Shown here one piece after another: positions 17,782-27,767 of a stretch of DNA of 64,000 nt (position 1 is its first letter; every line of letters begins with the position of its first letter). A model generated the notes under the pieces. It was not told where the DNA came from, made no database searches, and saw nothing but the letters and a program-made list of their open reading frames with translations. The translations under genes were made by a program, and so were the position numbers. Origin of the DNA: Galbitalea sp. (GTDB lineage: Bacteria > Actinomycetota > Actinomycetes > Actinomycetales > Microbacteriaceae); the NCBI GenBank assembly GCA_036495225.1, contig DASXNG010000054.1, forward strand, positions 1,633 to 65,632. Reading direction: 5' to 3'.

Positions 17782-20331
17782 TTACGCGTCCTTTGCTTGT
17801 GCTTTGAGTGCCCGTTCGACGCCAGCGAGGTTCTCGACGACGAGCCGTCGCAGTGCCGGGGTGTCGCTGTTCGCCTTCAGCCACGCGTTGGTCGCATCGA
17901 CCAGTTCCTGCGAGACCAGCGGGGTCGGGTAGAGCCCGAGCACGATGTACTCGGCGATCTTGTAGCTGCGTGTCTTCCAGATCTCGTTGAGTGCGTCGAA
18001 GTACGGCGCGATCTGGCCCCCGAGAGACGAAGGGTCGTTGGTGTGCTGGTAGCCGACGCCCACACTGCGAACGATGAGGTTCGACTGGTCGTCCTTCGAC
18101 ACCAACGACTCGAATGCGGTCTTCTTGCCCTCCGCGGTCGGGATTGTCGCCGAAGCGCGCGCAGCCGACTGCTGACCCGTCGCTGTGTTGTCCTTGGCGA
18201 GTGCGGAGTCGATCTCGGTCTGGCCGGCCGCGCCGTTCAGCACGAGGCCCTCGAGCAGCTCCCAGTCGAGGTCGGTGTCGATCTCGAGGCCGGACAACTC
18301 GCCGGACCCATCGCGCAACCCCTTCAGCGCTTCCACATGGGCGGGCGTCGACGCGATGTTTGCGAAGAACTTCACGAACTGGAACTGCGCGTCGGATGCC
18401 GGCTCGGCCGCAAGCGCAAGGGCCCACAGTTCGTCGCCCACGGTTGTGATGATCTCGCCGCGAGTCGTCGGGGCGACGTACGCGCGCGCTGCCGTAAGCA
18501 GTTGCGTGAGCGTCGTACGGACGGTGGTCGACTCCGTCTCGCTCGCGATGTTGCCGAGCACGAGCTTGATGTAGTCGCTGGCCTTCGCTTCCGCATCGCG
18601 AACCGCGTCCCACGCGGCACCCCAGACGAGGGTGCGCGCGAGGGGGTTCTCGATTGAGGCGAGGTGGTCGATCGCCACTGCGAGCGACTCGTCGTCGAGC
18701 CGGATCTTCGCGTAGGCGAGGTCGTCGTCGTTGAGCAGCACGAGCGCGGGCTTCTTCAGTCCGACGAGCTCGTCGACCGAGGTGCTTGCGCCCGCGACAT
18801 CCAACTCCACGCGGTGAATGCGAGTGAGCTTGCTGTTGTCGTCGAAGTCGTACAGCCCGATCGCGAGGCGGTGAGGTCGGATAGTCGGATAGTCGGCATC
18901 CGCGGTCTGGGCGATCGTGAAGCTCGTGATGACCCCGTCGGAATCCGTCTCGATCTCCGGACGCAGCGTGTTGACGCCCGCGGTCTCGAGCCAGAGCTTC
19001 GACCACTCGGCGAGCTCACGCCCCGACGTCGTCTCGAGCTCTGAGAGCAGGTCGGCGAGCTCCGTGTTCGCGAACTGGTGCTTCTTGAAGTACGCGGCGA
19101 CGCCCTCAAAGAACGCGTCGATGCCGACCCAGGCGACCAGCTGCTTCAGGACCGATCCGCCCTTGGCGTAGGTAATGCCGTCGAAGTTGACCTGAACGTC
19201 TTCGAGGTCGTTGATGGTCGCGACAACCGGGTGCGTCGAAGGCAGCTGGTCCTGGCGGTACGCCCAGCTTTTCTCCATGGCGGCGAAGGTCGTCCATGCC
19301 TCGGTCCACTCGGTGGCTTCTGCCGCCGCCATCGCGGACGCCCACTCGGCGAATGACTCGTTGAGCCAGAGGTCGTTCCACCACTTCATCGTCACTAGGT
19401 CGCCGAACCACATATGGGCGAGCTCGTGAAGGATCGTGATGACGCGGCGTTCCTTGATCGCGTCTGTGACCTTGGAACGGAACACGTAGGTCTCGGTGAA
19501 GGTCACCGCACCGGCGTTCTCCATCGCGCCCGCGTTGAACTCGGGAACGAAGAGCTGGTCGTACTTCTCGAACGGGTAGGCGTAGTCGAACTTGGCCTCG
19601 TAGTAGGCAAATCCCTCGCGGGTCTTCTCGAAGATGTAGTCGGCGTCGACAAACTCCGAGAGCGACTTGCGGGAGAAGATCGCGAGCGGAATGGTGCGAC
19701 CGTCGGCCGAGGTGAGGAAGTCACGCACCACCTCGTATGGTCCTGCGATGAGCGCGGTGACGTAGCTCGAGAGCACGGGGGTGGGTGCGAAGGCCCAGGT
19801 GGATGCGCCCGCGTGGGCGGCCACGGCCTCCGGCGTCGGCGAGTTACTGACGACTTGCCAGTTGCTCGGCGCGGTGACCGTGAATTGGAACGTCGCCTTG
19901 AGGTCCGGCTGCTCGAAGACGGCAAAAACCCGTCGGCTGTCAGGGACCTCGAACTGCGAATAGAGGTACACCTCGCCGTCGACCGGGTCCACGAAGCGGT
20001 GGAGTCCCTCGCCGGTGTTGGTGTACTCGGCGTCTGCGACGACAACGAGTTCGTTCTGCTCGGAAAGGCCCTCAAGCTGGATGCGAACGCCGTCGCTGAC
20101 GGCGGCGGGGTCGAGCGCGACGCCGTTGAGCGTGACCGAGTGAACCGTGCGAGTGAAGGCATCAATAAAGGTGGATGACCCGGGCCTGGCGCTGAACTTC
20201 ACGGTGGTCTTCGACCCGAAGGTCTCCGCCCCGGTCGTGAGGTCTAGCTCGACCTCGTAGCTGGCGACATCCAGAAGCGCCTTGCGCTCCTGGGCTTCGA
20301 CGCGGGTGAGGTTCTCTCCTGGCACTGACAA
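17782..20331 (-). CDS. pepN: aminopeptidase N (M1 family)
   Basis: 849 aa with GAMENAG, HELAHMWFGD and WLNESFAE motifs. Confidence 0.92.
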   Translation of the reverse strand: MSVPGENLTRVEAQERKALLDVASYEVELDLTTGAETFGSKTTVKFSARPGSSTFIDAFTRTVHSVTLNGVALDPAAVSDGVRIQLEGLSEQNELVVVADAEYTNTGEGLHRFVDPVDGEVYLYSQFEVPDSRRVFAVFEQPDLKATFQFTVTAPSNWQVVSNSPTPEAVAAHAGASTWAFAPTPVLSSYVTALIAGPYEVVRDFLTSADGRTIPLAIFSRKSLSEFVDADYIFEKTREGFAYYEAKFDYAYPFEKYDQLFVPEFNAGAMENAGAVTFTETYVFRSKVTDAIKERRVITILHELAHMWFGDLVTMKWWNDLWLNESFAEWASAMAAAEATEWTEAWTTFAAMEKSWAYRQDQLPSTHPVVATINDLEDVQVNFDGITYAKGGSVLKQLVAWVGIDAFFEGVAAYFKKHQFANTELADLLSELETTSGRELAEWSKLWLETAGVNTLRPEIETDSDGVITSFTIAQTADADYPTIRPHRLAIGLYDFDDNSKLTRIHRVELDVAGASTSVDELVGLKKPALVLLNDDDLAYAKIRLDDESLAVAIDHLASIENPLARTLVWGAAWDAVRDAEAKASDYIKLVLGNIASETESTTVRTTLTQLLTAARAYVAPTTRGEIITTVGDELWALALAAEPASDAQFQFVKFFANIASTPAHVEALKGLRDGSGELSGLEIDTDLDWELLEGLVLNGAAGQTEIDSALAKDNTATGQQSAARASATIPTAEGKKTAFESLVSKDDQSNLIVRSVGVGYQHTNDPSSLGGQIAPYFDALNEIWKTRSYKIAEYIVLGLYPTPLVSQELVDATNAWLKANSDTPALRRLVVENLAGVERALKAQAKDA

Positions 20332-20417
20332 CTCCCTCTAGTTCATGAACCGGGTCGGTGTTCAGGCACCTGGTCCGAACAGGAGTCTAGTTGTGCCGCC
20401 TTGGCGCAGCGGAAACC

Positions 20418-21101
20418 CTAGACGCGTGCGTGAACTCGCTCGATCGGCTCCGGTACTGGCACCGGCAGTGGCGCAGGCGTTAGCAGGTTTGTGCACTCTT
20501 CAATCGCCAACTCAAGCAGCGCCGCGAGGCGCTCGTCGGTGTCCGGAACGCAGGCGTCCGCTATCCCGATGGCCGACGTGCGCAGCACAGCTTCGTCGTT
20601 GATCCGTGGCAACTCGCCACCGCGGGGCGAGATCTGCTCGATGAAGTCGCTCGCCCACTTCTCTGTGCCGGGGGCCATCAGGAAGGCCGCGCGGATGCGC
20701 AGGCGAGTGCGTTCGATGACCGGCCCGTCCCAATCGGCCATGATGCGCTCGCAGCGCACGAGGCCGGTGGCGAGAGCCCGCTGGCGCGCCATGCTCGCGA
20801 TCGGCAGGGCGCTCGCCCCCGCAAGGGATGCGACGACGACCGGCACTCGCGGGTCGTTGCCATTCAAACCGATCACCGACGAGATGTGCACGCTCAGGCG
20901 CGAGCGGGACTCATCGGAACTGAGATCATTCACCAACCGGGCAAGCGCTGCGAGGCTCGGATGCGTGCACGCCGGGCGATCGCTCCAGCGCTCGCCCGCG
21001 AGGTATGACGCATATTCCATGAAGCACGCGCCTCGCTTGGCATTCCGGTGGCGTCCCGCCGATAGGACCGGCAGAAATTCTTCTATGGGCTGTGCCGTCA
21101 T
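20418..21101 (-). CDS. hypothetical protein
   Basis: 227 aa ORF with protein-like composition and GC3-rich codons. I recognise no motif. Confidence 0.5.
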   Translation of the reverse strand: MTAQPIEEFLPVLSAGRHRNAKRGACFMEYASYLAGERWSDRPACTHPSLAALARLVNDLSSDESRSRLSVHISSVIGLNGNDPRVPVVVASLAGASALPIASMARQRALATGLVRCERIMADWDGPVIERTRLRIRAAFLMAPGTEKWASDFIEQISPRGGELPRINDEAVLRTSAIGIADACVPDTDERLAALLELAIEECTNLLTPAPLPVPVPEPIERVHARV

Positions 21102-21212
21102 GACGGACTCCTCAGTTCCCGAGAACGGTGGTTTCTAGTCTGCTCCTGCTGCGCGGCGGTGTCGAGAGTTACGATGCCCCTCAGCGTCACCGGCCGCTGC
21201 TACTTTGAATCC

Positions 21213-21830
21213 ATGAGCGATGTCGACGAAGGTCTCCCGCCAGAACTGACTCCCGAGCAGAAACTGTTTCTCGCGTCAGACGCCGCGCTGCGCGAAGTCA
21301 TCGACCAGTTGAAATCCGAGCAGCTGGACGTGCCCGTTCCCGCGAATTGGTCGTCGAGTCCTAACCCAACGATGCGCAGGGTGCTCGCGGCTCACACGAA
21401 GGACGAGGCTTGGGTGCCAGACGTTCTCGCAGGCAAGACCATGGAGGAGGTCGGTGACACCTGGACCGGTGATCTCGGCGGCGCAGACCCGATCGCCGCG
21501 TACAACCACTACAACGACCTCGCCACCGCTGCCGTGTCTGCGCCGCTCAAAGACGGGCAGATCGCGCACCTCAGTTACGGCGACTTCCCGGTGGCGACCT
21601 ACTTCGAGCACACCAGCTACTACCGCGGCTTCCAGGCCCCCGTGATCGCGAAACTCGTCGGGATCCCCTTCGCGATGAGCGATGATCTCATCGACATGCT
21701 GTGGTCGTCCGTCGAGCCACAAATCGAGCAGTTGCGCGCCATTCACGTGTTCGGTCCACCAATCGAAGTTCCGGATGGCGCGAACCGGGAGGCGCTGCTC
21801 CTCGGCATGACCGGGTTCTGGACTCCGTAG
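21213..21830 (+). CDS. hypothetical protein, possibly DinB / mycothiol-dependent-enzyme-like
   Basis: ORF from the internal ATG (MSDVDEGLPPELTPEQ). The family assignment is weak and rests on general resemblance only. Confidence 0.45.
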   Translation: MSDVDEGLPPELTPEQKLFLASDAALREVIDQLKSEQLDVPVPANWSSSPNPTMRRVLAAHTKDEAWVPDVLAGKTMEEVGDTWTGDLGGADPIAAYNHYNDLATAAVSAPLKDGQIAHLSYGDFPVATYFEHTSYYRGFQAPVIAKLVGIPFAMSDDLIDMLWSSVEPQIEQLRAIHVFGPPIEVPDGANREALLLGMTGFWTP

Positions 21831-21859
21831 CGGTCGCTCGCGATTCTAAACTTGAGACC

Positions 21860-22348
21860 ATGCGCATCCACATAGCGACCGATCACGCCGGTCTTGAGTT
21901 CAGCGAAGACCTGCAGAAGCATTTGGCGGATGCCGGACACGAGGTCATCGACCACGGACCGAAGACGTTCGACGCGGATGACGACTACCCGAGTTTCTGC
22001 ATCAACGCCGCACTTGGCGTCGTGCGCGACCAGGGCGCGGGCATCGAGACGCTCGGCGTCGTCTTCGGTGGCTCTGGGAATGGCGAGCAGATGGCGGCGA
22101 ACAAGGTGCAGGGAGCCCGGGCGGCGCTCGTCTGGAATGTCTCGACCGCGGAACTCGCGCGCCAGCACAACGATGCGAACCTGATTGCGATCGGGGCACG
22201 CCAGCACACGGTGCAGCAGGCTATCGAGCTCATCGACGCCTTCATCGCTACGCCGTTCAGCGGGGCAGAGCGTCACGCAAGGCGTATCGCGCAGCTCGCC
22301 GAGTACGAGACAACAGGCAACATCGTCGGCCACGAGATCGACGAGTGA
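21860..22348 (+). CDS. rpiB: ribose-5-phosphate isomerase B
   Basis: MRIHIATDHAGLEF...GSGNGEQMAANK... and the actinobacterial C-terminal extension. Confidence 0.88.
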   Translation: MRIHIATDHAGLEFSEDLQKHLADAGHEVIDHGPKTFDADDDYPSFCINAALGVVRDQGAGIETLGVVFGGSGNGEQMAANKVQGARAALVWNVSTAELARQHNDANLIAIGARQHTVQQAIELIDAFIATPFSGAERHARRIAQLAEYETTGNIVGHEIDE

Positions 22349-22365
22349 GCGTGAACGGCTAGCGC

Positions 22366-23331
22366 ATGCCTGAAGGCCACTCCGTTCACCGAATCGCGCG
22401 CCAGTTCGCGCTGCATTTCGTCGGCAAGCCGGTCGCGGTGTCCTCGCCGCAGATTCGATTCGCGGATGGCGCTGCCCTCATCGATGGCCACGTCATGGTC
22501 TCGGCCAAGGCCGTCGGCAAGCAGATGTTTCTCGAGTTCGACAATCACCTGTGGCTGCGCATCCATCTCGGCATGTACGGCGCGTGGGATTTCGCCGGCG
22601 AGTTCACCTCAGACGCAACCACTGCTTCGGCGAACGGTCGCATGGGTCAGACCAACCAGCGCGGAACGGATGCGAACGCTCTGGCTTCGGCGAGCATGGG
22701 CGCGCCGCGGGTGGCCAGGCTGAGGATGGCCGAGTCCGAGTCTGCGTCGACCGATGGAGAGGTCTTCCCCCCGGATCCGATCGGGGCAGTTCGCGTGCGG
22801 CTACTGACCGATACGACAGTCGCCGACCTGCGCGGGCCGACCGCGTGCGAGATTCTGCGGCCAGAGGAAGTCAAGGCGATTATCGCCAAGCTCGGCCCAG
22901 ACCCGCTCGTCGATTCGGCGAAGAAGGGCGAGGAACGGTTCGTCGCTGCAGTGCGAAAGTCGGGCACGCCGATCGGCCTCTTGCTGATGGACCAGTCCGT
23001 GGTGAGCGGCATCGGCAACGTGTACCGCGCGGAACTGCTCTTTCGGGCTCGTCTCGACCCACACAAACCGGGTAAAGCTGTGCCTGAGGAGACCGTTCGT
23101 GAACTGTGGCGCGACTGGACCAAGCTCCTTCGCATCGGCGTGAAGACCGGCCAGATGTTGACGATGGACGGGCTCACGGCCGCAGGCAAGAAGAAGGCGC
23201 TCGCCAATCGCGCCGATCGGCACTGGGTTTACCACCGCACTGGGGAGCCGTGCCGCATCTGCGGAACCCCGATCGTCATGGAGCTGGCAGCTGGCCGGAA
23301 GCTCTACTACTGCCCGAAGGACCAGGTATGA
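22366..23331 (+). CDS. nei: Fpg/Nei family DNA glycosylase (endonuclease VIII-like)
   Basis: N-terminal MPEGHSV (catalytic Pro2/Glu3), H2TH region, and C-terminal zinc finger CRICGTPIVMELAAGRKLYYCPKDQ. Confidence 0.85.
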   Translation: MPEGHSVHRIARQFALHFVGKPVAVSSPQIRFADGAALIDGHVMVSAKAVGKQMFLEFDNHLWLRIHLGMYGAWDFAGEFTSDATTASANGRMGQTNQRGTDANALASASMGAPRVARLRMAESESASTDGEVFPPDPIGAVRVRLLTDTTVADLRGPTACEILRPEEVKAIIAKLGPDPLVDSAKKGEERFVAAVRKSGTPIGLLLMDQSVVSGIGNVYRAELLFRARLDPHKPGKAVPEETVRELWRDWTKLLRIGVKTGQMLTMDGLTAAGKKKALANRADRHWVYHRTGEPCRICGTPIVMELAAGRKLYYCPKDQV

Positions 23332-23990
23332 GACACACCCCCGCCTACCTGCTGACCGACGAAGACGAGGTCAAGCGCCTCATCAGCGAGAACCCGTGGG
23401 CCACGATCGTCTCCAACACGAGCAACGGGTTGGTGGCATCCCACTACCCGGTGTTGCTCGAGGAGCACCCTTCGACAAGCTCAGGGACCGGTAGCTCAGG
23501 GGCCGGTGGCTCAGGGACCGACATTACGATCGTCAGCCACGTCGGCCGTCCCGACGAGCGGTTACACGAGCTCGGTGAACACGAAGTGCTCGTCATCATT
23601 CAGGGCGCGCACGGCTACATTTCGCCAGGCTGGTACGACAACGACGACTTCGTACCGACCTGGAATCACGCGACGGCGCACCTGTACGGAACTCCCGAGA
23701 TACTCGGTGACGAAGAAAATTTCCGCGTGCTCGGCGAGTTGGTCGATCACTTCGAGCAGCGGATGCCGGAGCCGAAGTCTCTGCAACTGGACGAGACATC
23801 CGCTCGCCACATCGCGACGGGAACGGTCGGCATCCGCATCCGCGTCACCAGGTTCGACGCTCGGCTGAAGCTCAGCCAGAACGAGACACCGGAGGTGGTC
23901 CAGCGCATCATCGACGCGCTTGAGGCCGATGGGCCATATTCGTCGCAGCCACTGGCAGATGAAATGCGGCACGCACGCGGAGCACAATAG
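23328..23990 (+). CDS. paiB: FMN-binding negative transcriptional regulator family protein (PaiB-like)
   Basis: ATG at 23328 overlaps the nei stop (ATGA). The RLKLSQNE motif is typical of PaiB. It contains an in-frame 3 x 15-bp tandem repeat. Confidence 0.7.
   Translation: MRHTPAYLLTDEDEVKRLISENPWATIVSNTSNGLVASHYPVLLEEHPSTSSGTGSSGAGGSGTDITIVSHVGRPDERLHELGEHEVLVIIQGAHGYISPGWYDNDDFVPTWNHATAHLYGTPEILGDEENFRVLGELVDHFEQRMPEPKSLQLDETSARHIATGTVGIRIRVTRFDARLKLSQNETPEVVQRIIDALEADGPYSSQPLADEMRHARGAQ
23478..23522 (+). repeat. in-frame 15-bp tandem repeat (3 units) inside paiB
   Basis: agctcagggaccggt / agctcaggggccggt / ggctcagggaccgac encodes SSGTG-SSGAG-GSGTD. Confidence 0.85.
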
Positions 23991-23994
23991 GCGC

Positions 23995-24315
23995 ATGACC
24001 CCAGACGCCCGGTTCACCCAGATCCTCGACGACCTGGTCATGCTCGGCGTCACACGGAGCACCTCTTTCGGCAAGCGCGGCATTACGGCAGATGGCAAAG
24101 TCATCGCCTGTTTTCTGGATGATTCGATGGCGTTCAAGCTAGGGGCCGGCTCCGCTGAGCACACGAAGGCTCTCGCGCTGTCCGGCGCGGAGTTGTGGAA
24201 TCCGAGGGGCAAAGGCCGCGCGTTCAAGGACTGGGTTCGCATTCCCCAGTCCCACGAAGACGAGTGGGGTCGGTACACGGAGATAGCGCTTCACCGCATA
24301 AGACAGAAGCTGTAG
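23995..24315 (+). CDS. small conserved protein, possibly TfoX N-terminal-domain-like
   Basis: 106 aa from ATG 23995. The family call is tentative. Confidence 0.45.
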   Translation: MTPDARFTQILDDLVMLGVTRSTSFGKRGITADGKVIACFLDDSMAFKLGAGSAEHTKALALSGAELWNPRGKGRAFKDWVRIPQSHEDEWGRYTEIALHRIRQKL

Positions 24316-24390
24316 GCGGGGGATACCCCCACTCCACTTCCGGGCGATGGCTGGCTGCCCGCCACAGCTCAGAGCAACCACTCTTGGAGC

Positions 24391-25761
24391 ATGACAACAG
24401 CAGAAGGAGCGACAGTGACAGCGCCGTCGCCGACATCCCGCAATTTCTATCTCGGACTGTGGGCGAGGCTCCCACGGGAACTGCTGCTTATTTTTCTCGC
24501 GTTCCCCATAGCCACGGTTGGTTTCGGCCTCTCCATCGGCCTCTTCAATGCCGGGATTGGGACACTCCCGGTCTTCCTGGTCGGTGTCTTCGTCATCATC
24601 GCCGTTCTGTACGTGTCCCGCGGGTTCGGGATGCTCAATATCCTCATGCTCGACTTCTCTGGCCTGCCCGTCATTGAGCGGGCGGACTGGAAGGATGCGC
24701 AAGCGGGGACGGGTTTTTGGCCGTGGTTTCGGGCGGTACTGCTGAACGGTCACTACTGGCTGGCGCTCATCCACACGATGCTCGTCAACTTCGTGCTCTC
24801 GCTGATCACCTGGGTCATCACGGTGGTGTGGATCTCGGTCGGGTTCGGCGGCATCACATTCTGGGCGTGGGGGAGGCTCCAGTCATCCCCGGACCCCTGG
24901 TACCTCTCACGGTGGCTATTCTCGTTGCCGAGTGTGATCGACCCCCGCGTAGCGGACACCGTGCTGTACTTCTTCATCGGGCTGATCGCGCTCGCAACCC
25001 TGCCGTTCCTGACTCGCGGCTTCGCGTGGGCGCACTGGGGCGCGGCGAAGCTGCTGCTTGGCGCCTGGCCATCCGAAGCCCTTGCCCGCCAGGTTCAGAC
25101 ACTCAGCGAAGCTCGCGGGGCGGCCAGCTCGGCGGAGGGTCACTCGCTGAGGCGCCTCGAGCGCGACATCCACGATGGACCGCAGCAGCGACTGGTGCGC
25201 ATGCAGATGGATCTCGCGGCAGCTGACCGTCAACTCGACGAGGACCCGGCGAAGGCTCGTGCGTTGATCGCAGAGGCGATGCAGCAGTCTAAGGATGCCC
25301 TCGACGAACTGCGCGCACTTTCGCGCGGGTTCGCGCCACCGATCCTGCTGGATCGCGGTCTCGTCGCCGCACTCGAGTCCGCAGCGACTCGCAGCCCGAT
25401 TCCTGCCCACGTGGTCAACGACGTTCCCGAGGGAACAAACCTGCCGCAAGAGATGGAGCGCAACGCCTACTTCGTCGCGAGCGAGGCGCTCACGAATGCG
25501 GCGAAGCACTCGAAGGCATCGACCATCGAGGTGAAGGTCGCGATAACCAGAGTGGAGGCGTCGGGGGAGAACTGGCTGACGGTCTCCGTGACAGATGACG
25601 GGGTCGGCGGAGCTGTGACATCCGAGGGTCACGGACTTGCCGGACTTGACGAACGGATGCGTGGACTCGGCGGCAGCTTGGTGCTGACGAGTCCCGCAGG
25701 CGGTCCGACAATAGTGAGTGGTTACCTGCCGCTGCCCGGTATCGAGAGCGCTCTGCCCTGA
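24391..25761 (+). CDS. sensor histidine kinase (HisKA_3 / NarL-partner type) with a polytopic N-terminal sensor domain
   Basis: Multiple N-terminal TM segments, H-box LERDIHDGPQQRLV, and an ATPase domain with the G-box GHGLAGLDERM. Confidence 0.88.
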   Translation: MTTAEGATVTAPSPTSRNFYLGLWARLPRELLLIFLAFPIATVGFGLSIGLFNAGIGTLPVFLVGVFVIIAVLYVSRGFGMLNILMLDFSGLPVIERADWKDAQAGTGFWPWFRAVLLNGHYWLALIHTMLVNFVLSLITWVITVVWISVGFGGITFWAWGRLQSSPDPWYLSRWLFSLPSVIDPRVADTVLYFFIGLIALATLPFLTRGFAWAHWGAAKLLLGAWPSEALARQVQTLSEARGAASSAEGHSLRRLERDIHDGPQQRLVRMQMDLAAADRQLDEDPAKARALIAEAMQQSKDALDELRALSRGFAPPILLDRGLVAALESAATRSPIPAHVVNDVPEGTNLPQEMERNAYFVASEALTNAAKHSKASTIEVKVAITRVEASGENWLTVSVTDDGVGGAVTSEGHGLAGLDERMRGLGGSLVLTSPAGGPTIVSGYLPLPGIESALP

Positions 25762-25781
25762 ACGCCCCATACTCTGGTGGC

Positions 25782-26429
25782 ATGGAGTCGCTCCGAGTCG
25801 TGGTTGCCGATGACTCCGTGCTGCTCCGTGAGGGCCTCGTGCGAGTGCTGCGAGAGTCTGGCGTCAGCGTGGTCGCGGCGTATGGCGACGCAGAGGCGCT
25901 CCTCGCGGAGCTCGAGACAGTCAAGCCCGACCTGATCGTGCTCGACGTTCGCATGCCTCCGACGTTTCGGGACGAGGGTGTACGCGCCGCGATCAGGGCC
26001 AGACAGTTGCTGCCGGGCGTCGGCATCCTGCTGCTGTCGCAGTACGTAGAGGTCGCATACGCCCAGGAGCTGCTCTCGGATGGCAGCGGGGGAGTCGGCT
26101 ATCTGCTCAAAGACCGAGTCGCATCCCTCGAAGAGTTGAAGGATGCGATCGACCGGATCGCCTCTGGAGGCACGGTTCTCGACCCCGAGGTGGTCGCGCA
26201 ACTTATCGGGCGTAGGCGCGACCCCCTCGAGACGCTGACGCCGCGTGAGCGCGAGGTGCTCGCCCTGATGGGCGAGGGTCGCACAAACTCGGCGATTGCT
26301 TCAGCCCTCGTAATCGGAACAGGTGCCGTCGAGAAGAACGTGACGGCCATATTCCAGAAGCTGGGGCTGGATGACTCGGGCTCAGACCACCGCCGCGTAC
26401 TCGCGGTGGTGGCCTGGCTCCAGCGCTAG
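25782..26429 (+). CDS. response regulator, NarL/LuxR family
   Basis: Receiver domain (DLIVLDVRMPP) and a LuxR HTH (LTPREREVLALMGEGRTNSAIA). Confidence 0.9.
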   Translation: MESLRVVVADDSVLLREGLVRVLRESGVSVVAAYGDAEALLAELETVKPDLIVLDVRMPPTFRDEGVRAAIRARQLLPGVGILLLSQYVEVAYAQELLSDGSGGVGYLLKDRVASLEELKDAIDRIASGGTVLDPEVVAQLIGRRRDPLETLTPREREVLALMGEGRTNSAIASALVIGTGAVEKNVTAIFQKLGLDDSGSDHRRVLAVVAWLQR

Positions 26430-26454
26430 GTGGACTCTAAAGAACTAGTCAGCT

Positions 26455-26643
26455 TCAGAAGCGGCGGCGTGAGACCAGCGGCGTCAGCGTTGACGTGCGG
26501 GTCACTGCAGGCTGAACCTCGGGACGTGGGTACTCGAGGTGGTCAGTCCACTGACGGCCGTTCCACCAGCGGAGCATCCCGCTGTTGGCGGGGTCTGGGT
26601 ACCAGCCGAATGGTGCTGCTTCGGTTTCTACTGCAAGAGACAT
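26455..26643 (-). CDS. DUF2510-like small protein
   Basis: 62 aa with GWYPDPANSGMLRWWNGRQWTDH. Confidence 0.6.
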   Translation of the reverse strand: MSLAVETEAAPFGWYPDPANSGMLRWWNGRQWTDHLEYPRPEVQPAVTRTSTLTPLVSRRRF

Positions 26644-26736
26644 TTCGGTTATCCTGCGTGCCCTGTCGCTAGGCCGTTCGGGGGCGACATTCTGTGCCGT
26701 TGGGTTTGTTCTGGGGGGAACCGGCTGTGACCATTG

Positions 26737-26777
26737 TAGGGGGCATTCCCCCTAAACGCGTGCCCCCCGTTGGGGGG
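26737..26777 (-). terminator. two GC hairpins downstream of the SDR gene
   Basis: tagggggcattcccccta (26737-26754) and ccccccgttgggggg (26763-26777). No clear U-tract. Confidence 0.4.
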
Positions 26778-26813
26778 TCATTTCAAACCACGATTCGGCG
26801 AGATTTTTGCAGG

Positions 26814-27758
26814 CTAAGAGGGGAATTTGACGTTCACGAGTTGCTCCGAAACGGCCCACAGGCGGGAGGAGTCTGCACCGACGAGGGCGCGCTTCGGAAC
26901 TCCCGACAGCGAGTGACCACCCGACAGCTCCTGGAAGCCGCTCGGTCCGTAGTATGCGCCCGGTGCAGCATCCGGGTTGGTCGCCGCGAACAGCGCCGGA
27001 AGGATTCCCTGGTCGGCGTTTTGATAAAGCCCCGGCACCTTGTACTGCAGGCGATTGACTCTCGCGCGCATTCCGTTCTCCGGGTGACCACGCATCGGCC
27101 CGCTCACCTGAAGATTGGTGATCGTGGCGCCTGGGTGCGCCGCCGTGCTCAGGATGCCCCAGTCCCCGGCCGCGCTGTGACGACTGAGCTCGCGCGCGAA
27201 CATCAGCATGGCGAGTTTCGACAGCCCGTATGCGGCGCCAGGGCTGTACGACTTTTCGCTCTCCAGGTTGTCCCATTCGAGCCGGCCGCGACGCGCATAG
27301 ATGCTGCTGAGGCTGACGACCCGTGAGGAGCCCGCCGCGCGCAGCAGTGGCAGGAGCCTCGCAGTGAGCGCGAAGTGCCCGAGATAGTTCGCGCCGAACT
27401 GCAGCTCAAACCCGTCATCCGTGGTCTCGCGCTTCGGCGGCATCATGAGGCCCGCATTGTTGATGAGAATGTCGAGCGGCTTGTCTGTCTTGAGCTCGGC
27501 GTCCGCGAATTCCTTCACGCTTGCCAGATTGGACAGGTTCAGAATCCGGATGTCGAGGTCGACATCGTTGTTCTGTTCCGTCAGCGACGCCACGGCCGCA
27601 TTCCCCTTCTCGCGGTTGCGCACAGCGAGGGTGACGGTCGCCCCCGCGTTTGCGAGTCGACGGGTCAGCTCGTACCCGAGTCCGCTGTTGGCTCCGGTGA
27701 CGATCGCGCGCTTGCCGGTGAGGTCGGGAACGTCAAGAAAATGTGTTGTGCGAGGCAT
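26814..27758 (-). CDS. short-chain dehydrogenase/reductase (SDR) family oxidoreductase
   Basis: [10 protein letters not shown] cofactor motif and catalytic YGLSK. Confidence 0.85.
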   Translation of the reverse strand: MPRTTHFLDVPDLTGKRAIVTGANSGLGYELTRRLANAGATVTLAVRNREKGNAAVASLTEQNNDVDLDIRILNLSNLASVKEFADAELKTDKPLDILINNAGLMMPPKRETTDDGFELQFGANYLGHFALTARLLPLLRAAGSSRVVSLSSIYARRGRLEWDNLESEKSYSPGAAYGLSKLAMLMFARELSRHSAAGDWGILSTAAHPGATITNLQVSGPMRGHPENGMRARVNRLQYKVPGLYQNADQGILPALFAATNPDAAPGAYYGPSGFQELSGGHSLSGVPKRALVGADSSRLWAVSEQLVNVKFPS

Positions 27759-27767
27759 GCCCTAAAT

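Noticed and set aside
20345-21138. Plus-strand ORFs 20345-20602 and 20491-21138 opposite the 227-aa hypothetical gene
   Set aside because: The minus-strand frame has the more protein-like composition (balanced hydrophobic and charged residues), whereas the plus-strand products are Arg/Ser/Ala-rich. I kept only the minus-strand call, at modest confidence.
26694-27326. Plus-strand ORF 26694-27326 and minus-strand ORF 26752-27276, overlapping the SDR gene and its terminator region
   Set aside because: They are shadow frames of the SDR gene with no independent support. The intergenic part is occupied by GC hairpins.
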